NCBI GenBank assembly: GCA_964188305.1
Contig: OZ076893.1
Length of the DNA: 64,000 nt
Source of the DNA: Podarcis bocagei
Lineage: Eukaryota
Direction: 5' to 3' (one strand)
The stretch's first letter is position 1. Each line of letters starts with the position of its first letter. Below are positions 48,651-60,593 of this stretch, in pieces. Made by a program: the position numbers and the translations under genes. The notes beneath the pieces were generated by a model, which saw only the letters and a program-made list of their open reading frames with translations, did no database searches and had not been told where the DNA came from.

Positions 48651-50163
48651 TTGTTTGGCACTGGTCTGAGTCCTAGACGTTTGCATGTTATGAAGAAGCA
48701 GCTTCCTGTTTTATGCTTCTGTTATAACTTGCAAACCCTCAAAGTGAGAAACATCTGATGCCAGGACAGCTTATCTACAGGGAAGAAAATGGGGCAAGGG
48801 ACAGCGACCATATGTTCTTTTTTAGTGCCTCCTCATAGCATGTGAGTAGAGGATAAATTACTACATGTGGTATCTTGTTCCTGCATAAGTACTGCTGTGA
48901 AAGCCTGTTCTCTGTAAAAGTGTTTGAGTATGTGTCTCAAGATTGCATAGAGCAGCATGCCAGAGCATTTTACATTTTCTGTCAGACTTTACTTCATAAA
49001 AAAGCAAATTCCCATTCACCTGCACTTATACCTATATGTTTAATCAAGAACAGAGAATTCAAATGTGGGTTGATGTGCAGTCACTGACAGAATATTTTAT
49101 TGGCCAGTAGCTTTAACATTAACCTGGGTATGTCTAGCAATCTTTCTCCATTGTGAGCTAAGTTCTGACAGGGGGGAAATATATATAGATCCTGACAAGT
49201 GAGAAGCCCATGCTACAGCCGCCTGCACATTTGACCAGTCAGTCATGTTTGCCCGCTTGGACATAAAACTTTAGTTACAAGCTGAACATAAAATAACACT
49301 AAATCTAGTTTTATAATTTTCAGTGATAGAGGAAGTCTTGCTCAGGTACAGTTCTAAGGAAAAAATCTTGGCTCATTGGGAATTGCCAGACAATAATAAA
49401 CTTGTTTTGTTGTGATACATTTCATAACAGAATTCAGAGAGGAGTTTATTCCAGATTAAATTCCATGTGTTTGGTTCTCATGCAGGTTTTTGGAAATGTG
49501 AGATTTACTGCTGCACAATAGAGGATTGCCGCCATAGGCACATGATGTCCTCAGCTGGTACAGGGAAGGCTGAAAGAATGAGTGCAGGATACTGGTATTG
49601 GGTTGAATTAGGCCACAATTTTATTACAGGAAAGGGTAGGTTTGGCTTAGGCATTGGGCATGTATCCAGCATCATGCAACACACCTACTATCTGACAGGA
49701 ACCTAGTGGGTTTGACACTGTACTGTGCCACAGGCTGCCATTTGGAGAGTGTATTGGCCCAACAGCCCCCGTGTGGATTCCTGGACAGAGTCACCCCTCC
49801 CAGACCCCTTTAGCAGTGTATGCTCCAGCCCAATGCCTTATCCCCCAAAGTTGTAACAGTTACTGTGAGGTAGGTGGAAACATGCCAAATTGCTTGCAGA
49901 AGATAATTCCTCCCTGCCCCCGAACATGATGACCAAGTAAAGCATAGCAAAGACCGTATGCCACATGTCTGCTTCCCCCCTGGGCAGACCACTAACATAC
50001 TGGGGTGGGTGAAAAGTCCTGTGATGGTCAGCAAATAGGGCAGCCTGCACCTGGCCACCCTCTTAAATAAGCTAAAGGTGGAATGGGCACAGCTTCTCCT
50101 GCCACTGCCCCAGCAGATCAATTGTACCATTAAGTGACTTTAACTTAGTGCTACAATCCAATA

Positions 50164-50761
50164 CAGTGGTACCTCAGGTTACCGTATTTTTTGCCCTATA
50201 GGACGCACTTTCCCCCCTCCAAAAATGAAGGGGAAATCTGGGTGCATCCTATGGGGCGAATGCAGGCTTTTGTTGAAGCTTGGAGAGCGAGAGGGGTCGG
50301 TGTGCACCGACCCCTCTCGCTCTCCAGGCTTCAGAAAGCTATCAGCAATCCTGGGGAGCCCGTGGGAGTTCCCGCAGGGCTCTCTAGGCTGCGGATAGCA
50401 GCCTGCTTCCCGGAGCGCAGGGCGCCCTCGTGTCTGTGAGGCTTGCAGATAGCAGCCTGTTCTGGGGGCTGGGGTCGGGGGAAGCCCGCAGCTTGGGGGG
50501 GGGGGAAATATTTTTTTTTTATTCATTCCCCCCCCAAAAAATGAGGTGCGTCCTATGGGCCAGTGTGTCCCATAGGGCGAAAAATACGGTAAGTACTTAA
50601 TTTGTTCCGGAGGTCCGTTCTTAACCTGAACCACCACTTTAGCTAATGCCACTGGAGCACGATTTCTGTGCTCATCCTGAAGCAAAGTTCTTAACCTGGA
50701 GCAGTATTTCTGGGTTAGTGGAGTCTGTAACCTGAAGCGTATGTAACCTGAGGTACCACTG
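50164..50761. mobile_element. Tc1/mariner MITE family A (outer element), interrupted by a second MITE
   Basis: TA-CAGTGGTACCTCAGGTTA ... TAACCTGAGGTACCACTG-TA. Family A sequence resumes at 50592 (agtacttaatttgttccggagg) after the insert. Confidence 0.9.
50182..50589. mobile_element. Tc1/mariner-superfamily MITE with CCGTA-type TIRs (inner element, 408 bp)
   Basis: TIR CCGTATTTTTTGCCCTATAGGAC ... GTCCCATAGGGCGAAAAATACGG. TA duplicated at 50180-50181 and 50590-50591. GC/CpG-rich. Confidence 0.9.
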
Positions 50762-51441
50762 TATATTCAAAGCACACATTAGTAAAAATCAGGAAGAAAT
50801 GTGAAATGCTCCTTGAGAATGTCACACTTATTAGTGTACTATTTATGGTGAAAAGCAAGAAAGCTAGCCAAATTTTGGCATTGTTTACAATGCAGCCTTA
50901 ATTACGAATTACCAAGTGCATTATAGAAATACAGCAGCATCATGCTTCATTGCTTAGTTTGTATTCCTCGCCCTTTCATTGTAAAGATTTTTTTTGAAAA
51001 AAGGTAGCTTTCTATAATGCTGTTTTTGAAAGCTCAAAATCAGCCTTTTAAAATTGTATTTGTTTTGGGGACACTATGCTTCAAATTTCATGCAGAAAGC
51101 ATCCCAGAGAACACGTCCTTTAAGTTCACATCCTCTTTGCTGTTTCCACATTTAGCTAATAGGATAGTTCTGTTTTGTTCCTGGGTTCACAGTAGATGTA
51201 ACAACTTAAATGATGCCAGCATTGTGGAGAGGGAATATCATCATGTTTTGTTAAGTCTTTGTGAGTTTTCCATTACTTTTAGGTATAAAATACTAGGTAA
51301 AGGTTAGACCAATCCATTTATGTCACTCATCCATCACTCTGTTAATTCCAAACATAGAGTAAGATTGCCCCCCCAAAAAAACCAATGTTATTTTATTTAA
51401 CAAAAATTGTATACCAATTAACTATAAATAGAACCTCTAAG

Positions 51442-51627
51442 CAGGGGTTGTCAACCTGGTCCCTACCACCCACTAATGGGCATTTCAGGATTCTAGGTGG
51501 GCGGTAGGGGGTTCTATGGCACAAGCTGAATGCTCCTTCCATCGAGCACTGGTGGGCCGTAAGGAAATTTTACCATCAAGAAAGATGCATTAGTGGGTGG
51601 TAGGTATAAAAAGGTTGACTACCCCTG
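51442..51627. mobile_element. hAT-like MITE (186 bp)
   Basis: TIR CAGGGGTTGTCAACCT/AGGTTGACTACCCCTG with flanking direct repeat CTCTAAG (7 bp exact). Confidence 0.82.
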
Positions 51628-52690
51628 CTCTAAGGGGTTTACAACCCCACCCCATAAAATATACAATACCATTATCAATAACAGTCATAGTCAAAAGCAA
51701 GTTTTGAAAAATGGTTCACCTTGATCTGTTTTATGTCTTCAGCATATTGATGATATCCTCACCTCATCCCACAGTGATCTCTTGCCAATGTTGGAAAATA
51801 TGGGGAAAGTAATAGAATTGTGACATGATCACAATTTCCTGAAGGATTCTAGTAGCTATTAATGCTGAAATCCAGTGTGCTGCAATGACTGACAGTGTCA
51901 CATGTGAGTTTCTGGCTCAATTCTTGCCCAGCCATGGTTAGATGGCCTTTACGTAGGCTGGTATCTGTGTCTCCAGTGCTATGTGGGGATAATAGTACTA
52001 TCCATTGATTTTAATGGGTCCAGTATTCAATATGACTTCAGTCAGATGCAATCCAAATCATACATTGCTCATAGTTGTAGTAATAATATTCAGTGTCATA
52101 ATTTGTGAAAAGCTACCAGGCTATACTAGATTAACAACCAAAGTATGTTGTAAGCCTAAGTATTAGCATTGTAAGCCCCCACAGGGGTCAGTTATTTAGT
52201 GATAGCAAATTTGTGTATTAGTATTATGTAGAAGAAATAATTCTGCCCCTTTAAGAAAAGATAATGCCTTTCCCCCTTTTTAGACCTCAAGGCAGATTGG
52301 GAAATGTAGGTACAGCAATATTCTAGTTTCTATTGGCTCTGCTCAGAGCGGGAAGAAACCTCCCTTTCTCTTTTGTTTCAATCCTAGTGCTTGCCTATCC
52401 AGGAAAATGGATGAACTCGCTCGTTCTTACATAACTCAACAGGGAACTTCATAAAAAGCGTCTAACCACTTTAATTTTCCTAACTTGTAACATGAAGTTA
52501 ATGTAATTTGCAGGAAATCATCATGAACCTGGCACATGCTAAATTGTAGTTAGTGGATGTAGTATACATGCAGCAGGATATTTTTATTCTGAAAATAGTA
52601 GCCTACCGTGTCATAAAACATGGCTTAACAGTTAGAACATTTTGCACTAGGATGGTAGAAATCTCAAAACACTGGTTTGTATCCAACTAA

Positions 52691-53527
52691 TAATAATAAT
52701 AATAATAAATTTTATTTATATCCCGCCCTCCCCAGCCGAAGCCGGGCTCAGGGCGGCTAACAACAATCGAATAATCAGTCAAATAATCACACAATCTAAA
52801 AATATTTCATTATAAAAATTAATTAAATCAAATTGATGGCAACCAATTAAGCAAAATTCTGAGCAGGTTGCCAGAGGAGGGAGTCAGGCTGCGCCCTGAC
52901 CAAAAGCCTGGCGGAACAACTCTGTCTTGCAGGCCCTGCGGGAAGATGTCAGTTCCCGCAGGGCCCTAGTCTCTTGTGACAGAGCATTCCACCAGTTTGG
53001 AGCCGCAGCCGAGAAGGCCCTGGCTCTAGTTGAGGCCAGCCTAACCTCTCTGAGGCCTGGGACCTTGAGGATGTTATTATTTGCAGACCGTAGGTTTCTC
53101 TGTGGGGCATACCAGGAGAGGCGGTCCCGTAGGTACGAGGGTCCTAGGCCGTATAGGGCTTTAAAGGTTAAAACCAGCACCTTAAACCTGATCCTGTACT
53201 CCACCGGGAGCCAGTGCAGCTGGTATAATACCGGATGAATGTGCTCTCGCAGCGAAGACCCCATAAGGAGTCTCGCCGCGGCATTCTGCACCCGCTGGAG
53301 TTTCTGGGTCAGTCTCAAGGGCAGCCCCACGTAGAGCGAGTTACAATAATCCAGTCTGGAGGTGACCGTCGCATGGATCACAGTGGCTAGGTCAGGACGA
53401 GAGAGATAAGGGGCCAACTGCTTAGCTTGGCGGAGATGAAAAAATGCCGCCTTTGTTATAGCTGTAATCTGCGCCTCCATAGAGAGGGAGGTATTGAAGA
53501 TTACACCCAAACTCTTAACGGCCGGTG
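52691..53527 (-). mobile_element. Young 5'-truncated L2-clade LINE (ORF2 C-terminus, 3' UTR and (TTA)n tail)
   Basis: Stop-free ORF 52884..53510, open to the truncation point (APAVKSLGVIF...SRLDYCNSL...LQRVQNAAARL...LHWLPV.YRI.FK...PSYL...AFSAAAPNWWNAL). These are diagnostic L2 RT-thumb and C-terminal motifs. (TAA)n at 52688-52707 on + is the tail. Confidence 0.93.
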
Positions 53528-54214
53528 CTAAGTCATATTAAACTTAAACTGATTTAAATCAATAAGCTTAGGTTAGTCAGTTCCATTGCAGTGGTTCCAA
53601 CTCTGTGTATGACTTAGATGCCACCCACTGAATGTGGCTTTCCATCTCTATGGGAAGAGATAAGCAGCATCCCCAGGTACTAGTAATCCTTCTTATTCAG
53701 AAAGTCCTCTACAAGCTTTTTGACCATCAAGGTAACAAATGGAATGGGCACCATTAGGCAATTCTTCCCGAGGGGTGAAGTAACATGGCTGCAAATGCTG
53801 CCCAGGAGGGTTTGGTCAGGGGCTTTGATCCCCGCTGGGACAGACAGAACCAGAAGGAAGGATAACAGCTGTGAGCAAGACTGTGGCTCGGCATGGTTAT
53901 GAGGAAACTCAGCATTGCAAAAGGAAGGTCCCACCTCTTTAGGGAAAATGGGATTTGCTTAGTTAGTGGAAGGAGGCTGCAAGCTTTATCATGGGAATGT
54001 GGTAAGAAATATTAAGACCTTATGCTTACCTGTGTAAAGAGGAAAGGATCCAAGGTAGGTTGATCACTCCAGATGGCACAAGGACCAGTGTAGAACTGGA
54101 AAATGTCAGCTGTGTTGGTAGAGCAAAAAGTTAATGTTGACTGCAATGGGAAAAAGCAGAATGGTCACAAGAATGGAGCAGCTTGAGAATGGGCTATGAT
54201 CCAGGATAAAGGTG

Positions 54215-54270
54215 GGATACAAGGAGCAGTGTACAAAGAGCAGAGGGATACAAGGAGCAGAGGGATACAA
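54215..54270. repeat. Short imperfect tandem repeat (GGGATACAAGGAGCAGA-type unit, about 3.5 copies)
   Basis: gggatacaaggagcagt-gtacaaagagcaga-gggatacaaggagcaga-gggatacaa. Confidence 0.8.
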
Positions 54271-54799
54271 CAAGTAGCTCAGCTCAGGAACCTTCTTATG
54301 CCTAATTTTCCTCATAATAGCTTAATTCCCACCCCACATGCCCATTTTTCATGTTCTTTCAATAATATTGTGGCCAGTTCAAGCCCATTGAGTGGTTTCC
54401 ACTTCCTTTTATCCTTCTCTACCTACCAGAGGGGCAGGGGGATGAGTTAGCCCATTGATTGTAGAAATAAAGAAACCATGAATTTAACTTTCTTCTTTCT
54501 AGTTCTTCAACAATTTTTCTTTTCCATGCTAAGTCATGGCATAGTTTCTAGCATTCATTGTCACAAACGTCCAATATAAAATTGCTGTAGCATTCCACTC
54601 AAATATTTGAGTACATGTTATCCAAAGAAGGTGTTTCTTCATTGGCCAACAAACGCTGCAGGTTTCCGCAGTGATGGATGACCATCCTTGACTTGGTTAA
54701 ACCTCTGTTGGATTGTCTCTACAACAGAGTGCTGGGTGTGCTGTGGAAGATGAAAACGTGGCCTAATCTTACCTTTGACTTCTTTGCTTTCACTTTCAG

Positions 54800-54994
54800 G
54801 AGTTGGAATTTTCCAACCTGTTTGCAGTCCTGCATTGTATCCACTCCTTCTTTGCGGCCAAAGTGGCCTGTTTGGACCCACTCTATGTTGGCAGTCAGGC
54901 CACAGCTGCTGCTACTGCTGTTACTTCTGCTGCTACTACTGGTGCTGCTGTTGCTACATCTTCTGGCACTAGCAAATTGAAGTATACGACTTGA
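54800..54994 (+). CDS. SNTG1: Gamma-1-syntrophin terminal coding exon (ELEFSNLFAVLHCIHSFFAAKVACLDPLYVGSQ...SKLKYTT*)
   Basis: Acceptor tttcactttcag|, ORF 54803..54994, TGA at 54992-54994. The C-terminal KYTT fits SNTG1 as I recall it. Confidence 0.96.
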   Translation, partial: ELEFSNLFAVLHCIHSFFAAKVACLDPLYVGSQATAAATAVTSAATTGAAVATSSGTSKLKYTT

Positions 54995-55278
54995 TGGCTC
55001 CTATTTCTGCACTTGCCACTTTCCAGGAGTACATGAGACTACGTATACGAAACATTCATCAGACAGGTCTCTCGGAGAACAAACAGCAAGCAAGAGATCT
55101 GACTCAAGAGACAAGTGGCAGTTGTCAGCAGAGTATGGTCACATGGAATCATGAATTAAGTCTCACTTTTACAAGGCATCAGTACATAATCCAAGCAGAA
55201 ATCTCGGAGGTGGATGAAGATGCTTTTATAGTATAATCTGATTGTGTTTTGAATGACACTGGAAACAAAAGAAACAGA

Positions 55279-55284
55279 AATAAA
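55279..55284 (+). terminator. Candidate proximal polyadenylation signal (AATAAA) of SNTG1
   Basis: First AATAAA I found after the stop codon (about 285 nt downstream). Its use cannot be shown from sequence alone. Confidence 0.35.
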
Positions 55285-57786
55285 CGAATGACACAGTGCT
55301 GCACTTAAGTATTTAATACAATTTTCAAATCTCCATAATAATAGACATTTTCTTTCCAGATGTTTTTATATGACAACCTACCAAGTTCTGGATCAGAACT
55401 TATTTCCTCTTGCTAGACTATAAATGTCAAGCAAAGAGGGATCAGTGTGTAGCAACAAGGAAGTGAATGCAAAAAGATGCTACTGTATCTCCTTAGAAAA
55501 GAAAGCACCTTAAGTACTGTTGCAAATTTATATTTGTGCCCTTTTGACATAGAATCATCTTCATTCTTAATTTTGGTTCCATCCCATTATCATAATGATA
55601 ATAGTATAGCCATATTAGGTCAACATGTTTTTAAAAAGGAAATATAAGCATAATGAAGCCATCTGCTATTGAAGCCTATAGTACTTAAGCCACTTAGCTC
55701 TTGCTCTCATGAACAGCAAATGAGGTGGAAATTCTGTAATTCTCAAATTGCAGTTTGGGGCTCACAAAATTCAGTGTTCTGTGATACAGGCAGTAGCAGC
55801 CAGCGGGGGGGGGGGGAGGCAGCAGAGAGCTCAGGGTGTGCAGGCACAGTGCTGGGTATGTTGAATTTCCTTTGCTGCTGCTCTTACACCACACCTGCTC
55901 TTCACTGCCTTGCCACTCCCTCATGTAGAGATGCATGACTTAGGGAAACCAAGTCAGAAACACAGCGCACACAGCCACCACATGCTGCTGCACATGGGGA
56001 GGGAGGAATCACAGCATGTAGTGAACTCAATGTGAGCATGAATGGTGGTAGCATAGCCTTCAACATGACATGCTAATTTTCTTTCTGTGTGAATATTTTT
56101 CATGGAGAATCATCATATCTTGATGAGCCTTCACCTCAGAGCCTAAAGTGGTAGAGACTAAACACAGGTTCACCTGTTTTTGTGAGACCTAGGCCTCAAT
56201 TCTGGAGTAATTCCATTGACCTTATTAGAACTACCCAGAAATTGTTGTTTGAGGATCATGGTCTTAAGCCAACAAAACCTTTTCCCCTTTTCCCTTTGCT
56301 TTCTTTCTACATACAGATTCTCCGTTGTTAGTAAAAATCTGTTAACATTCGGAATTGTTTTAATTATGAATGAATTACAAAACCAATGTTAAACCTGTTT
56401 AATTATGTCTTTGATTATTCAGCTTTATAGTGAAGTGTCTTTTAATCTGCCAGGCTTTGTTCTCAAATCCCAAGTATTATATTTTGTTACAGGCACAATA
56501 AAGGTCGCACAAGGCTTCACTTTTAAATTTGATTTTCATATTACCAACAGGAAACCAAGAAATAGAATTCATTTACTCTTTTGTATTTTAATTAACAGCT
56601 GTTAAAAATGACCTTACGAAAAAGCAAGTTTTCTTGTAGGTTAAATGGAACATCCCAATTTTTGAAGTGAAACTTGGAAAGTTTTAGCAAACTCTTAAAA
56701 TGGCATTTAGTGTTGTGTCATGTAAAACTAGCCTACAGGGTAAGACAATGAGCCCTTTTCAGATATTTTATGTATGAGGCCAGCAGGCTCTGCCTCCATT
56801 GTTCATGCATTCATTGTACCATTTGCAAAGACCTCCATACATACAGTTGTACATGCAGAGGATTCTTCATCTGTTCGGCAACTCTGGAAAAGCAGCATGC
56901 CCTAATATTATAAGAGAGCCCTCTTTGCATCCACTGAGGTCTTTTCAAATAGTATAAGAAACACTCATACATTGGAAGGCAGAGCCTTCCGCTGAGATAT
57001 AACCCCTCCCACATGCACTGATTTCATCCGTAAAATGTCTGAAAAGGGTAATATGCTTTACATGTATTTTTAAGAATTGTATTTTAATGATGAATCTAGA
57101 GAAAGTGTAAAATTTGATCTACTATATATGTACAGTGTATATAACACTGATAAGGTTCCAAAGAGCCATTAGGAAATATTCTCTCATTCTCTCTCTCGCT
57201 CTCTGAAATGAGTTTAGTTTTGCATCGAGTACAATCCAGATCACAATTATGTGTATAAGCCAGATTCAAATCAATGCAAATAAGTATTTTCAACCATGCA
57301 GATTGTTCCCCATTGCCCTCACACCAAGGATAGGCATCATGTGGTCCTTGATCTAATTTCATGCAAGTTGGGGAAAGGGGAACAATCCAGTGGGAAATGA
57401 GGTAACAGAAGGAGAGAGAGAGAAAATAGTGGCCAAAAGGGAGGGAAGGGGAGTTGGCTCCACCCACTCTTGGCTCCAGTTTCCCCATTGGTGGCTGCAG
57501 TCCCATCTACTACCAGCATGCAGTCTCTAATATATTACCCCTGAGACAAAATGGCCCTCAACAGAAATAAGGGTTGTCCATCTCTGCCTTTTGTGCAGAA
57601 CTGTTCAGGGAGATTTGAGATCTATACATGCAGAGAGTCCTTTTTATATTTACTTTCCAGAAAAGTTGCCTCATCTCTGTCCCTCTTACTGTAAGTTGCT
57701 TTGCTGGAGTTTTCTTTGGGGCATGAATTTTAAAAGTCCCATTGCCCATGTGTTCAGGGGATAAAATGAGATGGGCCAATGCTATA

Positions 57787-58014
57787 CAATGGAATCTTGG
57801 CTCCCGAACACCCAAGGAACTAACATTCCGGTTCCTGAACAAATGAAAACTGCAAGTAACTGTTCTGATTTTCAAACGTTATTTGGAAGGCAAACACCCA
57901 GTGCAGCTTCTGATTGGCTGCAGGAAGCTGCTGCGGGAATCAGAAACCGCACCTTGATTCCTGAACTGTTTCAGGAATTGAACAGGCTTAAGTTTGGGAA
58001 CCAAGGTTCCACTG
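57787..58014. mobile_element. Older Tc1/mariner (Tigger-like) MITE downstream of the SNTG1 stop codon
   Basis: TA-CAATGGAATCTTGGCTCCCGAAC ... GTTTGGGAACCAAGGTTCCACTG-TA. Imperfect TIRs with TA flanks. Confidence 0.8.
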
Positions 58015-60460
58015 TACTATCTTAAACTGAAGCTTGTAACTGACAGTTTTCATTTCGCATATACATGTAGCACATATACATTTTATACCAGGATGGTAAT
58101 CTGCTGCTACTTAACTATCCCTGTGCAATATTTTTATGAACTAATCATTCAATAATTTGTCGTTCTTGCTGAAATTAGCTTTGAAGGAAATAACTAAGGT
58201 TAAGAAGGAAACGGTGACTACATTTGATGTTACTTGGTCCAAACTATCCTTAAGAATGAGTCACTAATTGCAAGCATTATATTAGAACTTCATAGGAAGC
58301 TTGTCTGGGGGGTAATATTTAATAAATCATGGTGGGATCCAATTAACACTGTGCTAGCTCATACCAGTGAATCAAGCATGCAACACACACACACAGATTT
58401 CCCTGCTCACATAAGATATATCATTCCCCTGCCCACCAAACAGGCTCTTGGAGCCAATCCCAGGCTCAAATGTTTCAACTCATCACCTTGGGCTTTGAAG
58501 GAAAGGCAGGATGTTTAAATGAATATGATAATATGTATTGAATTCAAAAACTAGTATCATGGTTCTGTGGATCCTTCATTAGCATGCAGCATGTTGAGAA
58601 TCATGCAATAGAGTCAGTAATATTTTAAAATCCAGAGTTTTAGCCAGGATGTGACCTAAGCATCTCAAAAGACCACACACACATATCACATTGCCAATTT
58701 GTGCATCAAATTCAATTCATAAATCTATTCAATATTGTTTCCAGTTACAAATTCAAAGTAATGTGTGTGAGAGTATAGTGATACAAGATGAATCTTGTAC
58801 AAGGTGGCATATTTGAATTCACTAAGCTAGGAACCAAGGTATTCCAAGTACTCCATGTAATCTAAAGGCTCTGTTGTGAAAATGTGACAGTGGAGAGATC
58901 TGAACGGTTGGCATTAGAGCCCGAAGTCAATAGCAAAATTTTGCCTGCTGACTTCAGTAGAATCAATGACAAGCAAAGTACATGGTTGCTTTTACTTCTC
59001 ATGCACTTAAGAATAGTAAAGTCACTCGCTCACTTTGAAGCTGATGTGGGGATTAGCACTCATTAATGGGAATGATCATGATTGTGCCTTAAAAGTATCA
59101 GTCTTGCTACACTATTACAGTAATCCTCATACTAATAGCTTCTCATAATGGCAACTAAACTGCCTACTTTCTGAAGCCAAAAGCAAAATTCTTGAAACTA
59201 TAACAGACCAAAAGATAACACAGATTACAAATGGGTCTGCTATATAATTAGGAGATGAATCATGTAGTTGTATTTTTCAAACAATAATGGCTACCTTGTG
59301 GCAGCTTAGATATCTGGCATCATTAGGGCTGCCTTATTTATTTGTACCTGTCTTTGGGAGGCAAGTATGGATGTGATAAGTTCACCCTTTATTATTATTT
59401 TAAATGCTGTAGTTTTCTTTAGAAACTACTAAAAAAATGAGGAAGCTGCTGAACTCAAGGTATTCATTAAAACTATTTTTGGTACCATAACAAATGCATC
59501 TTCAAGAAAAGCTTATAACACAGAAAAGTAGAACTCAAGATTCTTATTTTTAAATACATATGGTCACTCATATGAAGTAAGAATGTGACTTATGTTGAGT
59601 CAGGTAGCTTCAAGGCCTTGCTACCAGAGATCTATTTAGCTGGAGATGGTGGGGATGGCTCCTTAGACCTTTTGTATGAAAAATGTGTTCTATTCTCAAG
59701 CTATAGCTCTGACTGGTGTAAGTGAGTTAAGGGGGGTGATTGCACTCATTTTGTGAAAGCATCCATTCATATAATGCAAAGTGCCATGGCAGAATCATGA
59801 GAGAGTCTGCTTTTACATATTGTTTGCAATCGTGTGGCCCAGAATATCCTGAAGATACTATGCATGTGGTAATTCAGTTTACAGTTTGGTGATGCTTAAT
59901 ACATATTTTTTTAAGCTAATTCCAGTAAGAGATTGTCAACTGAACTAAATTCTGGTGGCACCTCTAAATATAGCAGTTCAACATTATATATAATATGATA
60001 TGTGAATCTAACTTCAATCCTGAGGTCCATATGGGCCAGAGCTGTGCCATTGCTTGTTGTGTCTTTTTAGCTTTTCCAGGCAGTAGCTCCCAGTGTATTG
60101 GCTCATGCCCTGTGATTATTAAAAAAAACCCTCAACAACTTAGAAAAGGGTTAAAATCTGTTGGGTGATTTTTAAGTTAACACCACCTGTTGCCAGGGAA
60201 TATGATAAAGAACGCCCTGAGTATGTGCATTCCTGAGAACTTTGGTCTACAACTGATGAGTCATATCCTGACCAAATGTGGGTCACATCAGTGACACCAC
60301 CACCGTGTGTGTGTGTGTGTTTAGGAGAAAAAATAGTGTATTGGTTACAACAACTGACCCCTTTTATAGAATGGGGAACTTCATCAAGAACATCTATTTT
60401 CATCACTACTTGAGGAAACTACATCTACAAAAATTTCATCTTGATGTTCAACACTTAAAT

Positions 60461-60593
60461 CAGGACAGGGAACCCTGTGGCCCTGCAGATGTCGTCAGAC
60501 TCCAACTGCCATCTTTCATTATCATTGGCCACGGTGTCTGGGGCTGATAGAATCTGGAGTTGAACAACATCTGGAGAATCACAGCTTCCCTGG
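60461..60593. mobile_element. Degenerate palindromic hAT-derived MITE
   Basis: CAGGACAGGGAACCCTGTGGCCCTGCAGATG ... CAACATCTGGAGAATCACAGCTTCCCTGG; same family architecture. Confidence 0.6.

Noticed and set aside
50179-50685. 168-aa minus-strand ORF
   Set aside because: It runs across the junction of two non-autonomous MITEs and lacks DDE/D or HTH motifs.
52884-53510. 208-aa ORF as a host gene
   Set aside because: It is a 5'-truncated L2 ORF2 with no promoter or ATG start and lacks the RT catalytic core.
54678-54980. Poly-Leu and poly-Cys ORFs overlapping the last exon
   Set aside because: These are alternative-frame readings of the (GCT)n-like codons of the SNTG1 tail.
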